The notes below the pieces were generated by a model. That model saw only the letters and a list, made by a program, of their open reading frames with translations. It did not search any database and had not been told where the DNA came from. A DNA stretch of 19,203 bases, taken from the NCBI RefSeq assembly GCF_006345805.1, contig NW_021824308.1:1-19203 (forward strand), written 5' to 3'. The position numbers and the translations under genes were made by a program. How positions within the stretch are numbered: the first letter of the stretch is position 1; each line of letters begins with the position of its first letter. Below, piece after piece: positions 17,356-19,203 of this stretch. This stretch comes from Octopus sinensis. Lineage: Eukaryota.

Positions 17356-17552
17356 CCTTTCTACTATATGCACAAAGCCTGAAATTTGGTGGGATGGTGA
17401 TAGTCGATTACTCAACTGGTGCTGATTTTATCGATTCTGGAAAGATGAAAGGCAACGTCGACCCCGGCGGCATTTGAACTCAGAACGTAAAGACAGATGA
17501 AATGTTGGTAAGCATTTTGCTCGGTGTGCTAACGATTCTGCCAGCTCGCCGC
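17356..17552 (-). mobile_element. Family C SINE monomer (tail1)
   Basis: Head, core and tail1 are all recognisable; moderately diverged. Confidence 0.85.
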
Positions 17553-17560
17553 AATAATAA

Positions 17561-18134
17561 TCCCTTCTACTAAAGGCACAGAGCCTGAAATTTTTCGGGA
17601 GGGGACTAGTCGATTACATCGACCCCAGAACGCAACTGGTACTGATTTTATTGAATCCGAAAAGATGAAAGGCAAAGTCGACCCCGGCGGCATTCGAACT
17701 CAGAACACAAACACGGACAAAATGCCTATTTCTTTACTACCCACAAGGGGCTAAACACAGAGAGGACAAACAAACTGATTAAGTCGATTATATCGACCTA
17801 AGTGCGTAACTGCTACTTATTTAATCGACCCCGAAAGGATGAAAGGCCAAGTCGACCTCTGCGGAATTTGAACTCAGAACGTAGCGACAGACGAAATACC
17901 TATTTTTTTATAACCCACAAGGGGCTAAACATAGAGGGGACAAACAAGGACAGACATAGGTATTAAGTCGATTACATCGATCCCAGTGCGTAACTGGTAC
18001 TTAATTTATCGACCCCGAAAGGATGAAAGGCAAAGTCGACCTCGGCGGAATTTGAACTCAGAACGTAGCGACAAACGAAATACCGCTAGGCATTTCGTCC
18101 GGCGTGCTAACGTTTCTGCCAGCTCGCCGCCTTA
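17561..18134 (-). mobile_element. Family C composite SINE: head-[core-tail2]x2-core-tail1
   Basis: Units begin (plus strand) at 17726 and 17900. Head ends at 18134. Confidence 0.85.
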
Positions 18135-18147
18135 AAAGTTTTTTTTC

Positions 18148-18349
18148 ATTCTACTCTAGGCACAAGGCCTGAAATTTTGGGGGGAAGGGGCCAGTCGATT
18201 AGATGGGCCCCAGTACGCAACTGGTGCTTAATTTATCGATTCCGAAATGATGAAGGCAAAGTCAACTTCGACGGAATTCGAACTCAGAACGTAAAGACAG
18301 ACGAAATACCGCTAAGCACTTTGCCCGGTGTGCTAACGATTCTACCTTA
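18148..18349 (-). mobile_element. Family C SINE monomer (tail1)
   Basis: Core and tail1 are clear. The head carries a short deletion. Confidence 0.85.
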
Positions 18350-18599
18350 TAATGAAGCTAAATATTAAGATAAAGAAAGCAATTAGAAGTAGAACAATTT
18401 GGATTTTAAAAAACATGTTACAAAAATGAACCATTTAGCTTCCTTACAGCTGGTACAGTCGCGTTTGCGAAAACCTGGTTATTGTTAACGACATGCGATA
18501 AGAACTGAAAGCAGATTATTCGCTATTATTATTGAGAAGAAAAAAAAACTAATTCTTACATTAGCAGTAGGCAATATATCATGGACTGGTTGGTGGGTG

Positions 18600-18700
18600 A
18601 GGAAATTGACAATGATTAAATCGGTCCCAGTACTTGCAGGCTGGTACTTATTTTGTCGACCTCGGAGTGTAAACCAACCCCGGCACGACATGAATTCAGA
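18600..18700 (-). mobile_element. Highly degenerate family C fragment
   Basis: CTGGTACTTATTTTGTCGACC...TGAATTCAGA resembles the family C core. Confidence 0.5.
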
Positions 18701-18799
18701 TTATTAAGTTGTGTAACAAAATACTGATTTTTGTGTTGTTTTTTTTTATTTAAACACTGGATAACACACTATAAAGGAGGGGGCTTAATCGATTAAATT

Positions 18800-18815
18800 T
18801 CTCTCTCTTTCTCCC

Positions 18816-18861
<46 letters not shown>

Positions 18862-19042
18862 ATCTGTCTATCAATCTATCTATTCATTTATCTATATATC
18901 TCGGATAGGAGGTTGATTCCTCTCTAGAGAGGTCAATAAAATCCGAAGTCGATAAAAAGAAGATAAAATGTTGAATCTCTTTCTCTCCCTCTCTCCTCTC
19001 TCCTCTCTCGTTCTCTCTCTCCCTCTCCTCTCTCTTTCTCTT

Positions 19043-19073
<31 letters not shown>

Positions 19074-19203
19074 GTCTATCTATCAATCTATTTATTTATT
19101 TATCTAAATATCTCGGATATGAGGTGGATTTCTCTCTAGAGAATTCAATAAAATCCGAAGTCGATAAAAAGATAAAATACTGAATACTCTATCTCTCCCT
19201 CCC
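18800..19203. repeat. ~212-bp tandem repeat whose unit includes a (CT)n tract; runs off the window edge
   Basis: TCTCGGATA at 18899 and 19111. CAATAAAATCCGAAGTCGATAAAAAGA is duplicated, and a third (CT) tract begins near 19186. Confidence 0.8.

Overview
Gene-poor, repeat-saturated animal genomic DNA. It is most likely a coleoid cephalopod (Octopus-like); this is inferred from the tRNA-derived SINE repertoire, microsatellite load and TTAGGG repeats, and was not database-verified. No protein-coding gene is supported: nearly all listed ORFs fall in microsatellites, SINEs or low-complexity DNA. At least five SINE families are present (called A, B, C, E, F here), several with target-site duplications (TSDs). 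There is also a non-autonomous Helitron, two MITE/foldback elements (one carrying a telomere-type array), a probable LINE 3' end inside (TAA)n, and many microsatellites. The most notable structure is a ~2.5-kb quasi-palindrome (6547-9071, 2-nt apex at 8104-8105). Its arms carry Penelope-like-element (PLE)-type type I hammerhead ribozyme motifs: one with a complete catalytic core (8180-8291, +) and a second, decayed family also seen at 10183-10325. Family C SINEs form head-[core-tail2]n-core-tail1 arrays at two loci.
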